NCBI GenBank assembly: GCA_000002445.1
Contig: CP000069.1
Span: 768,001-832,000 of the forward strand
Direction: 5' to 3'
Source of the DNA: Trypanosoma brucei
Lineage: Eukaryota
DNA length: 64,000 nucleotides
Part shown: positions 21,283-32,404 of the stretch, piece by piece
Layout: each line of letters opens with the position of its first letter
How positions within the stretch are numbered: the first letter of the stretch is position 1
Notes under the pieces: model-generated
What the model was told of the DNA's origin: nothing
Database searches by the model: none
Seen by the model: the letters and a program-made list of their open reading frames with translations, nothing else
Position numbers and translations under genes: made by a program

Positions 21283-22059
21283 ATCTGTACGCGCATGAAT
21301 GCACACGCATGTGTTGTATACATGTGTGTGTATCGGTTTTGGCGCTAGTTTGTGGTGGTTAAGTTCGAAGCCTTCGTTGTTTTTTTTTCTTTGGAAGAAA
21401 AGAGCGTGAGTCTCCCAATGGTCAGCAGAGAATTGTGGTTATGACAACAATGAAACGAGAGATGATTACAGAATGGATGGTGCGATCAGGAAATGAAAGG
21501 GACTTGCAAGACACTAAAGCACCGGTGGTAGTTTCCCTATCCAAGGGAGCCTAAGTTTTCACACTTTTTACTTCACTGCGTGATGGACGGTAGTGCGCAC
21601 CCTTTTGCATTTTAGCGCTGTCACCGCAATGCTTCCACATCCCTTCTCTACGATTTGAGCGTGTTTCCCCTTTGTAAGCACTTTTGTTGTTGTTGTTGTT
21701 CCTTTCCACTCCGGTCGGTTCCCCCGGTCTGGAATAATGATTTTAAGTAGCACTTTGCACTATTCATTGTGACCCTACGTTGAACGTCGCGTAATTACTG
21801 CAGCGAACATGTTGCCTATCTCCCTTTTGTGTGTCCCACCCTTAATATTATAACGAACCATCTTTTCTCCTTTGCGCTGTGCCACTCTATTTTATATTCT
21901 CTCTCTGCATTGCATGCGACAGTTACAGTAGCGAGGAAGCGCGCTGTTATCACAACCAACGTACGTGAGGTGGAGGTTGAACATCTGTCCGGTTCATCCA
22001 CGGCCCAGCTTACGACTAGCCTTGTCACTAGTCCTCGCTCCCTTCCATTTGTTTTGTAG

Positions 22060-22347
22060 ATGACATCTCCCATCCTACGAGTTGTTCGCTTCATCCGAAC
22101 GTTTAATTTAAAGGAAAGCTGCAGCAGTCAACCTTACCTTTGGTATTTTTCTATTTGCGGTGTATTTATAACCTGGGCTAACTACGCACAATATAAGCGG
22201 CTGAAGCCCATGTACCCAAACTATGATGAATATCGCAAAAGTGAAGGTGGTAGAATGCTGGAGGCGAAGCGCCAAGAATTCGCTGATGTGATACGATACA
22301 ACAACATGGTGAACACGATGCGCAGTGATATGGGGGCTCGCTTGTAA
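22060..22347 (+). CDS. Small hypothetical protein with one TM helix
   Basis: ATG ORF of 95 aa. It has one hydrophobic helix, YLWYFSICGVFITWANYAQY, and sits in a co-directional gene array. No family recognised. Confidence 0.3.
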   Translation: MTSPILRVVRFIRTFNLKESCSSQPYLWYFSICGVFITWANYAQYKRLKPMYPNYDEYRKSEGGRMLEAKRQEFADVIRYNNMVNTMRSDMGARL

Positions 22348-22730
22348 CAGCGGCATCCACATCCTGTTGTGGTCCCGCTCATATGATCTGTGTAACAAGG
22401 TGAAAACTTTTGGGGAAAGCTCCTTCAAAGGGAGGAACAGAGGGGCGTTTGCGTGTATATAAGACAATGAACTCAGCATTATCGTTACCGTTTTTCTTGC
22501 GTATCGTTCTTTCGCCAACTTAATGCCTCATTATGTGACGCAGAAGATAGAATAAAGAAATTTGCGTTGCGAGACACCTGAAGTTGATGCTATTCGCACT
22601 GTGCCAGCTGAATGCTGTTCCTTTTCCCCATAGTGGATATTTGTTTACTTTCAATTACCTTTGACTTTGTGGAGCATAACCAGTATCCCTTTTTTTACTT
22701 TCTGTTCGTAGGGTTAGATAGGTGTTTCCG

Positions 22731-23264
22731 ATGCGCCGTGATTGTGTAAGATGCAGCTCTTCAGTGGACCGTTTCATGGATGTTATTGATATATGTATGC
22801 AACGTGTTAATATCGGTTACCTGTTGAAAGGATACTTTCCTTTTTATTCGTTAGGGGTTGCCTTTTCTGCTTGCATTATATCCCTATCGCTTCTTATCCT
22901 CCCAGCACAACCGCTGTACGCCGGGGCTGTTCCGCTAGTGCTGCACGCTTTCTCTATTCTGATTCTTACTGGAGGCCTCTTTAACGCCGCTGGTGGAAAG
23001 ATCAAGCAGAGGAAGCATCAGGGGGAACTTATTACGGAGAGTGTAAAGGATGTGCTAAGTGAATTGCTGCGGTGTGCGACGTCATCAAGTGCTGTGTACG
23101 TGTTGCTGGCCTTGGAGGTTTTTGTGCAAATGAGCGCAATTTTCTCTGAAGCTGGATGTATTTGCTGTTTATGTTGGGTTTGGTTCGGTTGGCTCTTGTG
23201 TGGAAAACGCGAGGTGCTGCTTACATGTTGGCGGGAAGGGGGTCACCTAACATCTGATTCGTGA
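22731..23264 (+). CDS. Hypothetical polytopic membrane protein
   Basis: The track ORF starts at a GTG at 22722. The first ATG is at 22731, giving 177 aa. There are several hydrophobic helices: LGVAFSACIISLSLLILP, AVPLVLHAFSILILTGGLF and CLCWVWFGWLLC. Confidence 0.35.
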   Translation: MRRDCVRCSSSVDRFMDVIDICMQRVNIGYLLKGYFPFYSLGVAFSACIISLSLLILPAQPLYAGAVPLVLHAFSILILTGGLFNAAGGKIKQRKHQGELITESVKDVLSELLRCATSSSAVYVLLALEVFVQMSAIFSEAGCICCLCWVWFGWLLCGKREVLLTCWREGGHLTSDS

Positions 23265-23691
23265 AGTGAATTTAGTACATGAGTTGTTTAAGGCCCCTAC
23301 AAACATTTCGGTCATTTACGCATTGCCCCCATTGAGGGGTCACGCGACGTCAGTCTGTGAGGGGACGCGGCTGCCACTGTGAACTTATTGTACCGAGAGT
23401 TACCCGTCGCAAGCCAATTTTACAATGGGGAATACGATAGGGGGGAGAAGTGTGCGCAAAAAAGTAGAGATGTGGAACGTACGTCGGTGGATGAGCGGCA
23501 TGTGACTTCCCTCTTTCCTTGTAAAAGTGGTGTAAAACGGAGGATCGTACATCAGTGTCCGCATGCACCGCGATGCTTCTCTCGCGTTAGTCTTTTCACG
23601 TTGTAGGGCATCATTATAGTGCAGAAAAAGGTTGCTGAGCGTTGTGGTCTAGCGAGCCGTACTTGCGATTTGTAAAGAAAAACAACAACTA

Positions 23692-25011
23692 ATGTGGTTC
23701 AGCCGCTTTTCGCTATCGCTGGCAAGCACAGATGCTGGTGAGAAGTTACTGCGGAGCATTCGTGGCCGCGACATTACTTTGCGAGTCTCCACAAAGGACG
23801 GTAACGCACGCATCGTTTTTGCATCCACCACCAATTTACTCCGTGAAACGATGCGGCGACACAAACTGCTAACGCGAATGAAGGGTCAAACACCTTTCCT
23901 TGAGCTGGTTGGTACGCATTTAACCTTTACAAATATACTAGCTGCACTGCAGGAGGGCGAGGAACGCGTCGCTACACGTCTGAGTGCGAATGAGGGGACA
24001 ATTGTGACTGAGTCGCTTGCTATCGGTGAGTGCCGGTGTTATGTTGGTGGTCACAACGGTACCACGCTGGAGGAAGAGCCCCACTTCCCATTGAAGGTTG
24101 ACCGCTTTCTATATGGTCAGTCCCAACCCTTTTCGTCAATTACAGCCGCGTCTTTGACGCAGCTCATAGACCGCGACTATAACGCAACGGTTAGCTCCTC
24201 CGAGGGCTTTTGTAGTACCGCGCAAACTCCGGAAACAGCGGTGCCCCTGCTGGGTCTTGGAATGTTGTCACCAGAGGTTGTGGATGCTTATTATCGTAGG
24301 AATATCACACTGCATGGCCACACTTTTTTTCGTCAATCGGAGGGTTCGGTAGCGGCATTGTGGTGCTGTGCGTATCTCGACGACCCTTCGCTCCTGGAGG
24401 CGTTTGCTTTGTACTCGGAAGCGAGTGCCGCAAGCGAAAGCCCTGAGGCAGTCGATCGAGTTGACGAGATGATGCGTAAGACGGCTTGCTCATGCGGTGT
24501 TCTTGTTCAGCCGGTTGTGGCCGGGCGCGTGGTGGAAGAAAAAATTCATCTGCTACAACGCCTACTGGTCCGTGCATCGATCGTGCAACCTGAAATATTT
24601 AGCGTTCTGAAGGAAAGGGGGGTGCATGAAGGTTTAGCTTGTCAAGACTCAATCGCATTGGTTACAGGCGACCACGAAGGCGCTTATGAGGTAGCCAAAG
24701 CGGCGCGCCAATTTACACAAGATCCGTCCGTTTCAGCCCCAGTGGTTGAGAAAGTGCGAGAGGGATTGGGTTTGGATAAGGGCGAGCGTTTCTTTATCGA
24801 TCAAGCGTCTGTAGTGCGAAACGGAATTGATTATTTTTGTCGATGTTCCAAAAATAATTTTCTACGGGCGCTTGTGGCGCTCCCTGAGGAGCAGCTTTCG
24901 TCTCTTATGGAAGAAACTAGCTTTCGCTGTACGTTTTGCGCGAAAGAGCATGTGCTGCAACCCGAAGATTGGAGCAAACTGTTGCGCGACCGTACTTCCT
25001 TTAAAAAATAA
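23692..25011 (+). CDS. Hsp33-family redox-regulated chaperone (HslO-like)
   Basis: ATG ORF of 439 aa. The C-terminus YFCRCSKNNFLRALVALPEEQLSSLMEETSFRCTFCAKEHVL is collinear with the E. coli Hsp33 zinc centre [43 protein letters not shown], so CxC...CxxC is preserved. An extra N-terminal segment is present. Confidence 0.8.
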   Translation: MWFSRFSLSLASTDAGEKLLRSIRGRDITLRVSTKDGNARIVFASTTNLLRETMRRHKLLTRMKGQTPFLELVGTHLTFTNILAALQEGEERVATRLSANEGTIVTESLAIGECRCYVGGHNGTTLEEEPHFPLKVDRFLYGQSQPFSSITAASLTQLIDRDYNATVSSSEGFCSTAQTPETAVPLLGLGMLSPEVVDAYYRRNITLHGHTFFRQSEGSVAALWCCAYLDDPSLLEAFALYSEASAASESPEAVDRVDEMMRKTACSCGVLVQPVVAGRVVEEKIHLLQRLLVRASIVQPEIFSVLKERGVHEGLACQDSIALVTGDHEGAYEVAKAARQFTQDPSVSAPVVEKVREGLGLDKGERFFIDQASVVRNGIDYFCRCSKNNFLRALVALPEEQLSSLMEETSFRCTFCAKEHVLQPEDWSKLLRDRTSFKK

Positions 25012-25567
25012 ATGAAAAAGAGGGGTATCTATGCATCTGAGAGAGAACTGGAGTGTTGCTTTGTGCTGGAAAGTGCCATTGGTGTTTTTGAATTTGTTTA
25101 TTTTACCTCATTACACTGCATGTGCATACCCGCTTATTGCATTTCTGTGCCTTTGTTTTCCCACCCTCTCACTACACACCCTTCATGCCAAACTAAAAAT
25201 GCGCCACTACGAACTGTTTTACCGTCGTACCTCCGTGTTGTCTTTTTTCGTTATTTAATTCACTCACTATTGCTGCTCTTTTATTTTCTTTTATTTTCTT
25301 TTTGTTTTAATGATCGTACATGCGTCGGTTTTGAAGTTCAAATCACAAAGCGTAGAAACCAGAAACGCTTTCACCTGCGCTATTTCTTAATTTGGTTTAA
25401 AATATTCTAAGATTAGCAAGTAAACAAATACATTTATATATCTTTTAATTGTAGGAGGGGAAGGTCGGCTCGTTTAGGTGATTGACATATATATCTCTAT
25501 ATATCTCTATCTCTCTATATATTTTTTCCAGTTCTTGAACCGCAGAGACGTCTGAACCTTTGGGAAG

Positions 25568-27169
25568 ATGTTCAGTGGTCAGAATGAGAAACCGAAAGGG
25601 GCGAAACAAACCCCTTCGGTTCGAGGGGGTGCGGAGCGCCGGCAGCGGCAGATGATTAACATTCGACAGAAGGCCCACGGTGAGCTCATTAAACACATCC
25701 GCGAGGAAGAAGTAGCAATGGAAGGAGTTGATGGGCCCACGGTACCAGACCCCGGAAACGTTTGGTCGTACGATCAAAGAACCCGTCCCGATGACGTTCC
25801 GGTTCAGCTACTTCCCCAGTTCGTTCAGATGGTTATGAACGGCCCAACAGATAGAGAGGTATACCACGGGACACTGATGGTTCGCAAGTTACTTTCGGTG
25901 GAGAGGTCTCCCCCGCATGAAATGGTCGCCCAAAGTGGTGTCATTCCGCACCTTGTGAGCTTCCTGGACCGTGCAGATAACCCGGAACTGCAATTTGAAG
26001 CGGCTTGGGCATTGACGAATGTTGCTGCTGGCACATCCGCGAACACTATGATCCTCGTTGAGGTTGGGGCTATTCCGCGCTTTATCAACTTGCTCAGTTC
26101 ACCTAGTCCTGACTGTCGTGACCAGGGTGCATGGGCTATTGGCAATATGGCCGGTGATGGTGTTGCCACCCGAGATATTGCATTGCAACATAATGCTATT
26201 CCTGCTTTTGTCAACCTTATTTCAGACCCCGATCAACCTCTATCCATCGTTCGCAATGCAACGTGGGCTATATCCAACTTGTGCCGTGGGAAGCCTGCTC
26301 CCCCGCTGCATTATTTGCTACCCACGCTACCTGCTTTAGCCAATTTACTTTTTCACAGGGATCTGGAGATCGCCACAGATGCGTCATGGGCGATTTCGTA
26401 CGTTAGCGATGGTCCACACGAGCGCGTACAAGCGGTGTTGGATACTGGTGTTGTTCCCCGCGTTATAGAACTCCTCGCGGCAACGTCAATTCCGCTTCAA
26501 ACGTCATGCATCCGAACCATTGGCAACATCGCGAGTGGCAATGATGCACAAACACAAGTGATTATTAACTGTGGCGTATTGGAAAAGCTTGCTCCCCTTG
26601 TCACACACCGCAAGCGGGAGATTCGCAAGGAAACATGCTGGACTATCTCCAATATTGCCGCCGGCAATTCAGAGCAAATCGACGCACTCATCAAATCAGA
26701 TCTCTTTCCATTGGTTATCAAATGTCTCCAAGGTACGGAACTGGATGTGAAGAAGGAGGCCGTGTGGTCTATCGCCAACGTAACTCTCTGCGGAGTTTCC
26801 CCACATTTGTATTATCTTTTGGACTGCGGTGTCATCCCTCCGTTATGTGATGTCTTGAACACGCATGATCCCAAAACTCTTACAGTTGCCCTCGAAGCTC
26901 TCATGGGATTTCTGCAGGTGGGCGAAGACAGAGTTAAAACAGGAGAAGTACAGGAGAACCCCGTGGCGCGTGCCATCATTGAGTGCGGTGGTGTGGATGC
27001 CATTGAGCGTGCGCAATCCTCCACAGACTCCAGCATATACAGCATTGCACTTTGTCTCCTCGAGACATTCTTTAACGTGGAAGAGGAGGGAGCACCTCAG
27101 CAGTTTGAGTTGGGGATGGATCATGGAGATCCAAATGGACAACCACCACAAGGCCAGTTCGATCTTTGA
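25568..27169 (+). CDS. Importin subunit alpha (karyopherin alpha)
   Basis: ATG ORF of 533 aa. There is an N-terminal IBB-like basic segment RRQRQMINIRQKAHGELIKHIREEE. Tandem armadillo repeats carry the W..N/T-NIASG signatures: EAAWALTNVAAGT, GAWAIGNMAGD, ATWAISNLCRG, CIRTIGNIASGN, TCWTISNIAAGN, AVWSIANVT. Confidence 0.9.
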   Translation: MFSGQNEKPKGAKQTPSVRGGAERRQRQMINIRQKAHGELIKHIREEEVAMEGVDGPTVPDPGNVWSYDQRTRPDDVPVQLLPQFVQMVMNGPTDREVYHGTLMVRKLLSVERSPPHEMVAQSGVIPHLVSFLDRADNPELQFEAAWALTNVAAGTSANTMILVEVGAIPRFINLLSSPSPDCRDQGAWAIGNMAGDGVATRDIALQHNAIPAFVNLISDPDQPLSIVRNATWAISNLCRGKPAPPLHYLLPTLPALANLLFHRDLEIATDASWAISYVSDGPHERVQAVLDTGVVPRVIELLAATSIPLQTSCIRTIGNIASGNDAQTQVIINCGVLEKLAPLVTHRKREIRKETCWTISNIAAGNSEQIDALIKSDLFPLVIKCLQGTELDVKKEAVWSIANVTLCGVSPHLYYLLDCGVIPPLCDVLNTHDPKTLTVALEALMGFLQVGEDRVKTGEVQENPVARAIIECGGVDAIERAQSSTDSSIYSIALCLLETFFNVEEEGAPQQFELGMDHGDPNGQPPQGQFDL

Positions 27170-27853
27170 GAAAAGTTGATAAATATAATGAGATCGAGAT
27201 GAAAGGGATGAAAATGGTGAAGAAGGAGGGCACGTGTATATATATATGCCATAATGCTTAAAGTTGAGAGTGTATAAGTGTCTTCTTTGACACATACAGA
27301 ACTCGGGTGTACTACACCGCGGTTTAGGCGTGAGTTATGGACCGAATAATGTGACAGGTGATGGATGAGGGTTATGTGTATTTGTTTTTTGTGTATCTTT
27401 TAGTGTGGTGCGACTCTGTGTGAAGGTTCTGTTTCATTCGCGCTAAACGGTAGTGAAAGGAGTTCTTTTGTTTACTTTACTTTTTTGTTTTTTTCTTCTT
27501 CAATGTGATTTCACACACTGACGCTTCTTCGCGCTTATTTTTCCTGCTGTCCCTCATTGTCAAGGCACCGCGTTTTCTTTTTTTGATTCTGATGAACCGT
27601 CTGTGACTGTGGCATGTTACGCCACTTGAAGCATAACAGGAGTGATTCTATCTTATTCCTTGTGTTCTTCGTTTTTGGTGCTTGAACGCGGTTCTAAAAT
27701 GTTGTGAATCTCTTCAACTTTTCGTTGCGAACGAAAAATGAGGGGAAAATAGTCGAGCAAACGAGTAAGAATTTTTTTTTAAAGGGGGAAAAAGGGGGCT
27801 TGAAAAACAACAACAACAACAACAACAGTAGCAGCAAAGAAAAATGTGTAAAC

Positions 27854-27899
27854 ATATATATATATATATATATATGAGTGTGTGTGTGTGTTTGTGTGC
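27854..27899. repeat. Compound microsatellite (AT)11(GT)n
   Basis: CATATATATATATATATATATATGAGTGTGTGTGTGTGTTTGTGTG, read directly. Confidence 0.95.
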
Positions 27900-28097
27900 G
27901 TAATTTTATGCAGGGAGAGGCCGAACAGGTTTGAATAAATATGAGAGAGAGAAATGGGGGTTAGGGTTCGGTTAGTTAAGTGTTTATGCGCGTCGGTATG
28001 AGCTTCAGGGAAAGTTAGTTGGGAAACCTAATGCTTTTTTTTTCTTTTTCCGTTTTTGTAACGATTAAAAGATAAAAGAGAGAAGAAAAGAAGAAAG

Positions 28098-28130
<33 letters not shown>

Positions 28131-28131
28131 T
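28098..28131. repeat. T12 homopolymer followed by a (GT)10 microsatellite
   Basis: TTTTTTTTTTTTGGTGTGTGTGTGTGTGTGTGTT. Confidence 0.95.
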
Positions 28132-29479
28132 TATGCCTGCTTTGCCCTCCTTTTCCCCTTCTTTAAATTCTTAATGGGGTGGTCCTGAAGTAGTTTGACA
28201 TATATATATATACAAGTGTGTACGTTTCTGTGTGGCCGCACTTTTAACTGAACTTGCGGGCTTGCGTGAGTTCCACTTCAATTTTACAGAAGTTAAAATG
28301 CAGCATTTCTAAAGGATACAGAAACGAAAAGAAATGCAAAAAAAAGGAAATAATAATAATAATAATAACAGTGATGGAGCAAAGTGACAAATAGATTAAG
28401 AATGGAGTGATCGGATTCGCCTGTTCTTTCTATTATTGTTGTTATTACTAATATGAATATAAAGAAACAAAAAAAAAGATGAGGTATTGTCCACCTATTG
28501 TGACTGTGTGCTGGTGTTAGGGAGGAGGCAGATGAAAGAAAGAAGATGTGTGTGTGTGGGGGGAGGGGGAAATTAGAAAAAAAAAAGCAACAAAGTTATC
28601 AAAAAAAAAGTCCGAACAAATAGACAGAGGTTGTGATGGTGACGGTAAGGTGGCAAATGCTGTGAAATTTCTTTTTTTTATCTTTCTTCCCTTTTGGGTC
28701 TTGTTTCTATATGCTTTCCCTCCTTCTGTTGTCGTTCACTTCTATTTGTTTTGATGGGTTTATCTATATGTCTGTTCGTCATTCTTCCGTTTCTTTCTTT
28801 CCTTTCTTTCCTTCCCTTTCTTCTCTTTTTTGCTTTTACCTTTTTTTTTCCTTCGCACTCACTGACTTTTCTTTTCCCCTCAATTTACATTTTTTTCTCT
28901 CCGTCTTTCTCAGTCGTTCTCACTCCTATTGTTTGTGTTTGCATCCCATTGATGCATCGACCGAAGGGGACCGAGAAGGGAGAGGTGACGGAAAAGAAAA
29001 ATAAGGGGATAAGAGGTAAAGTGACCAGATAATAAATACATAAATAAAAAAAAGGCAAAGAGTGCCAAATATATGAGTGAGTATATTTCACTTATGTGAT
29101 CAGGCATTTTTGTTTCTATTTTTCCCTTTTTATTTTAACGCGTGTGTACAGGTATGTGTAGGTGTAGGTTTGTGGAGCTGGAGGCGTGCGGGTGGGAGGG
29201 CGGAAGGGTGTCCAATTTTTATTTTCGATGAAACCAAAGTGGAATCGTGTCTGCACGAATATACAGACATAAATATAAATATATATCTATAAATATTTAT
29301 GTATATATTTGTGTGTATATGTTTGTATTTGTCCGAGGGGAGGAGGGAAGTGAGGGGGATGGAGCGAAGATTTTGGAACGGATTCGATGAAGTGTCATAT
29401 GGTGTGTATCACATTGAAGGAAAAGAAAGGCGAAACCTTGCGATCCTTTTTCCGACTTCGGATTTCCCCATAAATGTGG

Positions 29480-29482
<3 letters not shown>

Positions 29483-29512
<30 letters not shown>
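29483..29512. repeat. (AC)15 microsatellite
   Basis: ACACACACACACACACACACACACACACAC, read directly. Confidence 0.95.
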
Positions 29513-29514
<2 letters not shown>

Positions 29515-30130
29515 ATACTCACGCATATATATTATACATTATTTATGCGTGTCAAATGGGATATTTATGCTGGAGTGATCCATGAATGGTTTGAATAAAG
29601 ATGGTTATGTGGGGGTATCAAGGTTAGTGCCAGAAGGACAGGGAGATTAGAAGAGGGAGAGGAGGAGCGAAATAACCTGTAGGATATAATTGCATACGTT
29701 GGAGTGGTTATTATCCCCTCTTTTTTCTTCATACTTGGTGATGGCGACTAGTTTCTCTTTTCAGTTCTCTGGTGTCCGTAATCCGTGCACGGAATTGCTC
29801 CTTTTTCTTATTTCCATTCTTTTTTGTTAGTCACTCAATCTATTTTTTTTTATTATTTTCCAGGGCTCCTTTTTTTAAAAAAAAAATCTACCTCCTCCCC
29901 ACTCTGCTGGCTACCGTAACATAGAGTTTTGTGGACGATATCCCCTCCTTTTTATCTTTGCTGAGTATTGTGGCACCTGTAACTTCTGGTTTACACCGTT
30001 TTGATTTTGAACCATCACGTAATTTATTTATCCATCTCATCTTTTCTTTTTGAATTTTCTTTTACTGAAATCCATAATATAAAGGAAGAAAGCAACTGTT
30101 CTCTCGAAAAGAAGGGGGTAAATAAGGGGA

Positions 30131-32404
30131 ATGGACGTGTTTTCAAGACATGGGAACCGTCGCCGACCTCGAGAGGACGAGATGGAGGAAAATGATTACA
30201 CTTTTGACCGACAGCGAGACCGCAAGGAGAGGCGCCGTAATGAGCGCCGTGCAAAGAAGGAGATGCGCATTGAGGCGCACGAACGTTGGGTGGAGCAGTG
30301 TCGATTGGCCAGGGAACAGAAGAAAAAACGCAGCGTGCGCGTAAAAAATGGTAGCGAAAATCAAGCGGCTACCAGAAACTTTTCAAATCGGCCTCTAAGA
30401 GAGAGGAAAGTCAACCGTAATGCCAAAAGGGAAACCTCTTTCAACGACGCAAAGGAGAAATCAACTTCATCACAAAAGTTAACCATGGAAAGTAAACGTG
30501 AAGCAAAGCAGCGGGATGGAAAGTCTGTAGTGGATCTGGCGAAAGCGTGTGCCACAACACCAGATAGCACTCAGGGGAAATATATTCCTCCCTCGTTGCG
30601 GCAAAAGATGATAGTGCAGAAACCAACCAACGCTGTGAATGAGGCCGCACGGCGTATTATTAACAAACTTACAGTGCAGAATGTGGCTGACATGACACGT
30701 GAAACATCTGAGCTGTTTGGAGGTGGAGTTGAGGGGGCGACGCGAGCATCAGTGATAAGTAGTTTGGCAGAAAATATGAATCGCATATGCTTACTTGACT
30801 CTGGACCTCTCACACCTCTCGCTAGTTTACCCTTCGCTGGGTTAATTCGTGGACTGCAACTGCTGCACGGCAACATTGTTGGTGCTGAAGTGATCGAATG
30901 CTTGGCTATTGCTCTCCAACAACAGCTTATGGACAACAATGAGGCAGCCGCTTGTAACGGTGCCATGCTTTTAGCACATCTTTATTTGCTTAACGCTGTG
31001 GATTGCGTTTTGGCATCCACTTTCTTACGCAGCGTATTGCAGATGGGGGGTGGTGGTTCCTTGTGTGCTGCTGCAGCGGGTCTGACATTTCTCCGTGCAT
31101 GCGGCGAAAAATTGTTGAAGGAGGCTCCAGTCGAAATGGAGAGAGCATTAAATGAGGGAGCACCAAGCAGGGAAATCTCACAAAATGCTACTAGTCGTTA
31201 TTCAGCACTTCTTAGCCTCATCAAGGAGATTGTGGCGGGGCGCACGCGGAATGCACGACGAAGCGTTGACGAAGAAAAGGTTCCTCTTGACTCTCTCCTC
31301 AGCGACATTAGCACTTTGCTTTCCGGGGGAGGGAAGACGAGCTTATCATCATCAGGTAACAAGCGCGCACTGCTTCGTGTTATGAGCACAACAAGTGTGC
31401 TGACGGGCCTTTCATGGGCCCGCTTGATACAACAGGATAAACCCCATCGTTGGTATGTCCCTGAAACATGGACTGACACTGTCGGCGATGGGGACGAAAC
31501 AAACGATGAGCATGCTGATGACGATAAAGGAGGTGCATCTTCTGCTTCTGGTGACATCGATGAACGCTCAGATGGAGACGAAGGAACGGTGGAAAAAATG
31601 GAGCAAATTCGACTCTTGCGACAGCAGGAGAAGGCGATTTCAGGCCAGCGTCTCAACACTGAGAACAAGCGGGAAGTGTTCAAGTGCGTAGTAAATGCAT
31701 CTGATGACTTGGAGGCATTTACGTTGCTCATGCACCGTGATCCCTCATTCAGTCGGTTGCACGATACCTTCGCCGTCCTCTTACAGTGTTGCTACCAAGA
31801 AAATCTCTACAATCCTTACTATACGCAGGTAGTTCAGCGTTTCTGCAGTGCCAAGCCGTCATGCAAGAACACGCTTCAGTTTGCAATATGGGATATGTTC
31901 AAAACAATACGAGTGGAAGCGGTCGACGTTACAGGTTATCTCAACCTTGCGTGTTTGATTGCACAACTCATGCAGGAGGGTGTGTATACTCTTGCAGTGC
32001 TGCGAGGATTAGACCTCGAGAACACAAATCGTACGATTGGGCTCTTTACCCGCATACTACTTCTCCGTCTCATTCTTCAGCTTCCTCCTTCAAGCCTGAC
32101 TGAAGTATTTTTTGGTGGTAACGGTGTTTACGCACATGATGTGAAGATTGACACCAGTACTCTGCGGGAAAACTTAAAGAAGGTTTTTGAGCGGTATTTT
32201 GTTAAGGAAGAGGATGCAGGTAAGTGGATTCCACACTTCTACGATGTGGCCGCCGTTGGGACACCTTTTGATGTACACAAGCAGATGGGCGCTGTTGCTG
32301 CCAATGCTAGCGGAATGGAGTCGGTGGATGAGGAGGCGCAGCTCCAGTCATTTGTGCGGAGGATACGTGTGGTGTACAAAGCTTTGAAGGGTGGCATTTC
32401 GTGA
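30131..32404 (+). CDS. Nucleolar MIF4G/MA3 domain protein (NOM1/Sgd1-like)
   Basis: ATG ORF of 757 aa. The N-terminus is a basic K/R/E-rich nucleolar-type segment. The MIF4G start ARRIINKLTVQNVADMTRETSELF is present. A later MA3-like region runs KREVFKCVVNASDDLEAFTLLM ... GLDLENTNRTIGLFTRILLLRLILQLP. Confidence 0.6.
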   Translation: MDVFSRHGNRRRPREDEMEENDYTFDRQRDRKERRRNERRAKKEMRIEAHERWVEQCRLAREQKKKRSVRVKNGSENQAATRNFSNRPLRERKVNRNAKRETSFNDAKEKSTSSQKLTMESKREAKQRDGKSVVDLAKACATTPDSTQGKYIPPSLRQKMIVQKPTNAVNEAARRIINKLTVQNVADMTRETSELFGGGVEGATRASVISSLAENMNRICLLDSGPLTPLASLPFAGLIRGLQLLHGNIVGAEVIECLAIALQQQLMDNNEAAACNGAMLLAHLYLLNAVDCVLASTFLRSVLQMGGGGSLCAAAAGLTFLRACGEKLLKEAPVEMERALNEGAPSREISQNATSRYSALLSLIKEIVAGRTRNARRSVDEEKVPLDSLLSDISTLLSGGGKTSLSSSGNKRALLRVMSTTSVLTGLSWARLIQQDKPHRWYVPETWTDTVGDGDETNDEHADDDKGGASSASGDIDERSDGDEGTVEKMEQIRLLRQQEKAISGQRLNTENKREVFKCVVNASDDLEAFTLLMHRDPSFSRLHDTFAVLLQCCYQENLYNPYYTQVVQRFCSAKPSCKNTLQFAIWDMFKTIRVEAVDVTGYLNLACLIAQLMQEGVYTLAVLRGLDLENTNRTIGLFTRILLLRLILQLPPSSLTEVFFGGNGVYAHDVKIDTSTLRENLKKVFERYFVKEEDAGKWIPHFYDVAAVGTPFDVHKQMGAVAANASGMESVDEEAQLQSFVRRIRVVYKALKGGIS

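Noticed and set aside
27584-27670. CTGATGA C-box-like motif at 27584
   Set aside because: There is no CTGA D box or terminal stem within 60-110 nt downstream. It was not called as a snoRNA.
28694-29032. Phe/Leu/Ser-rich ORFs in the 27.2-30.1 kb spacer and at 722-1081, 25012-25410, 42613-42939 and 47431-47913
   Set aside because: They translate CT-rich polypyrimidine tracts and microsatellites (FFFFF, LLLL, SFSF runs). There is no start context or domain. They are spurious.
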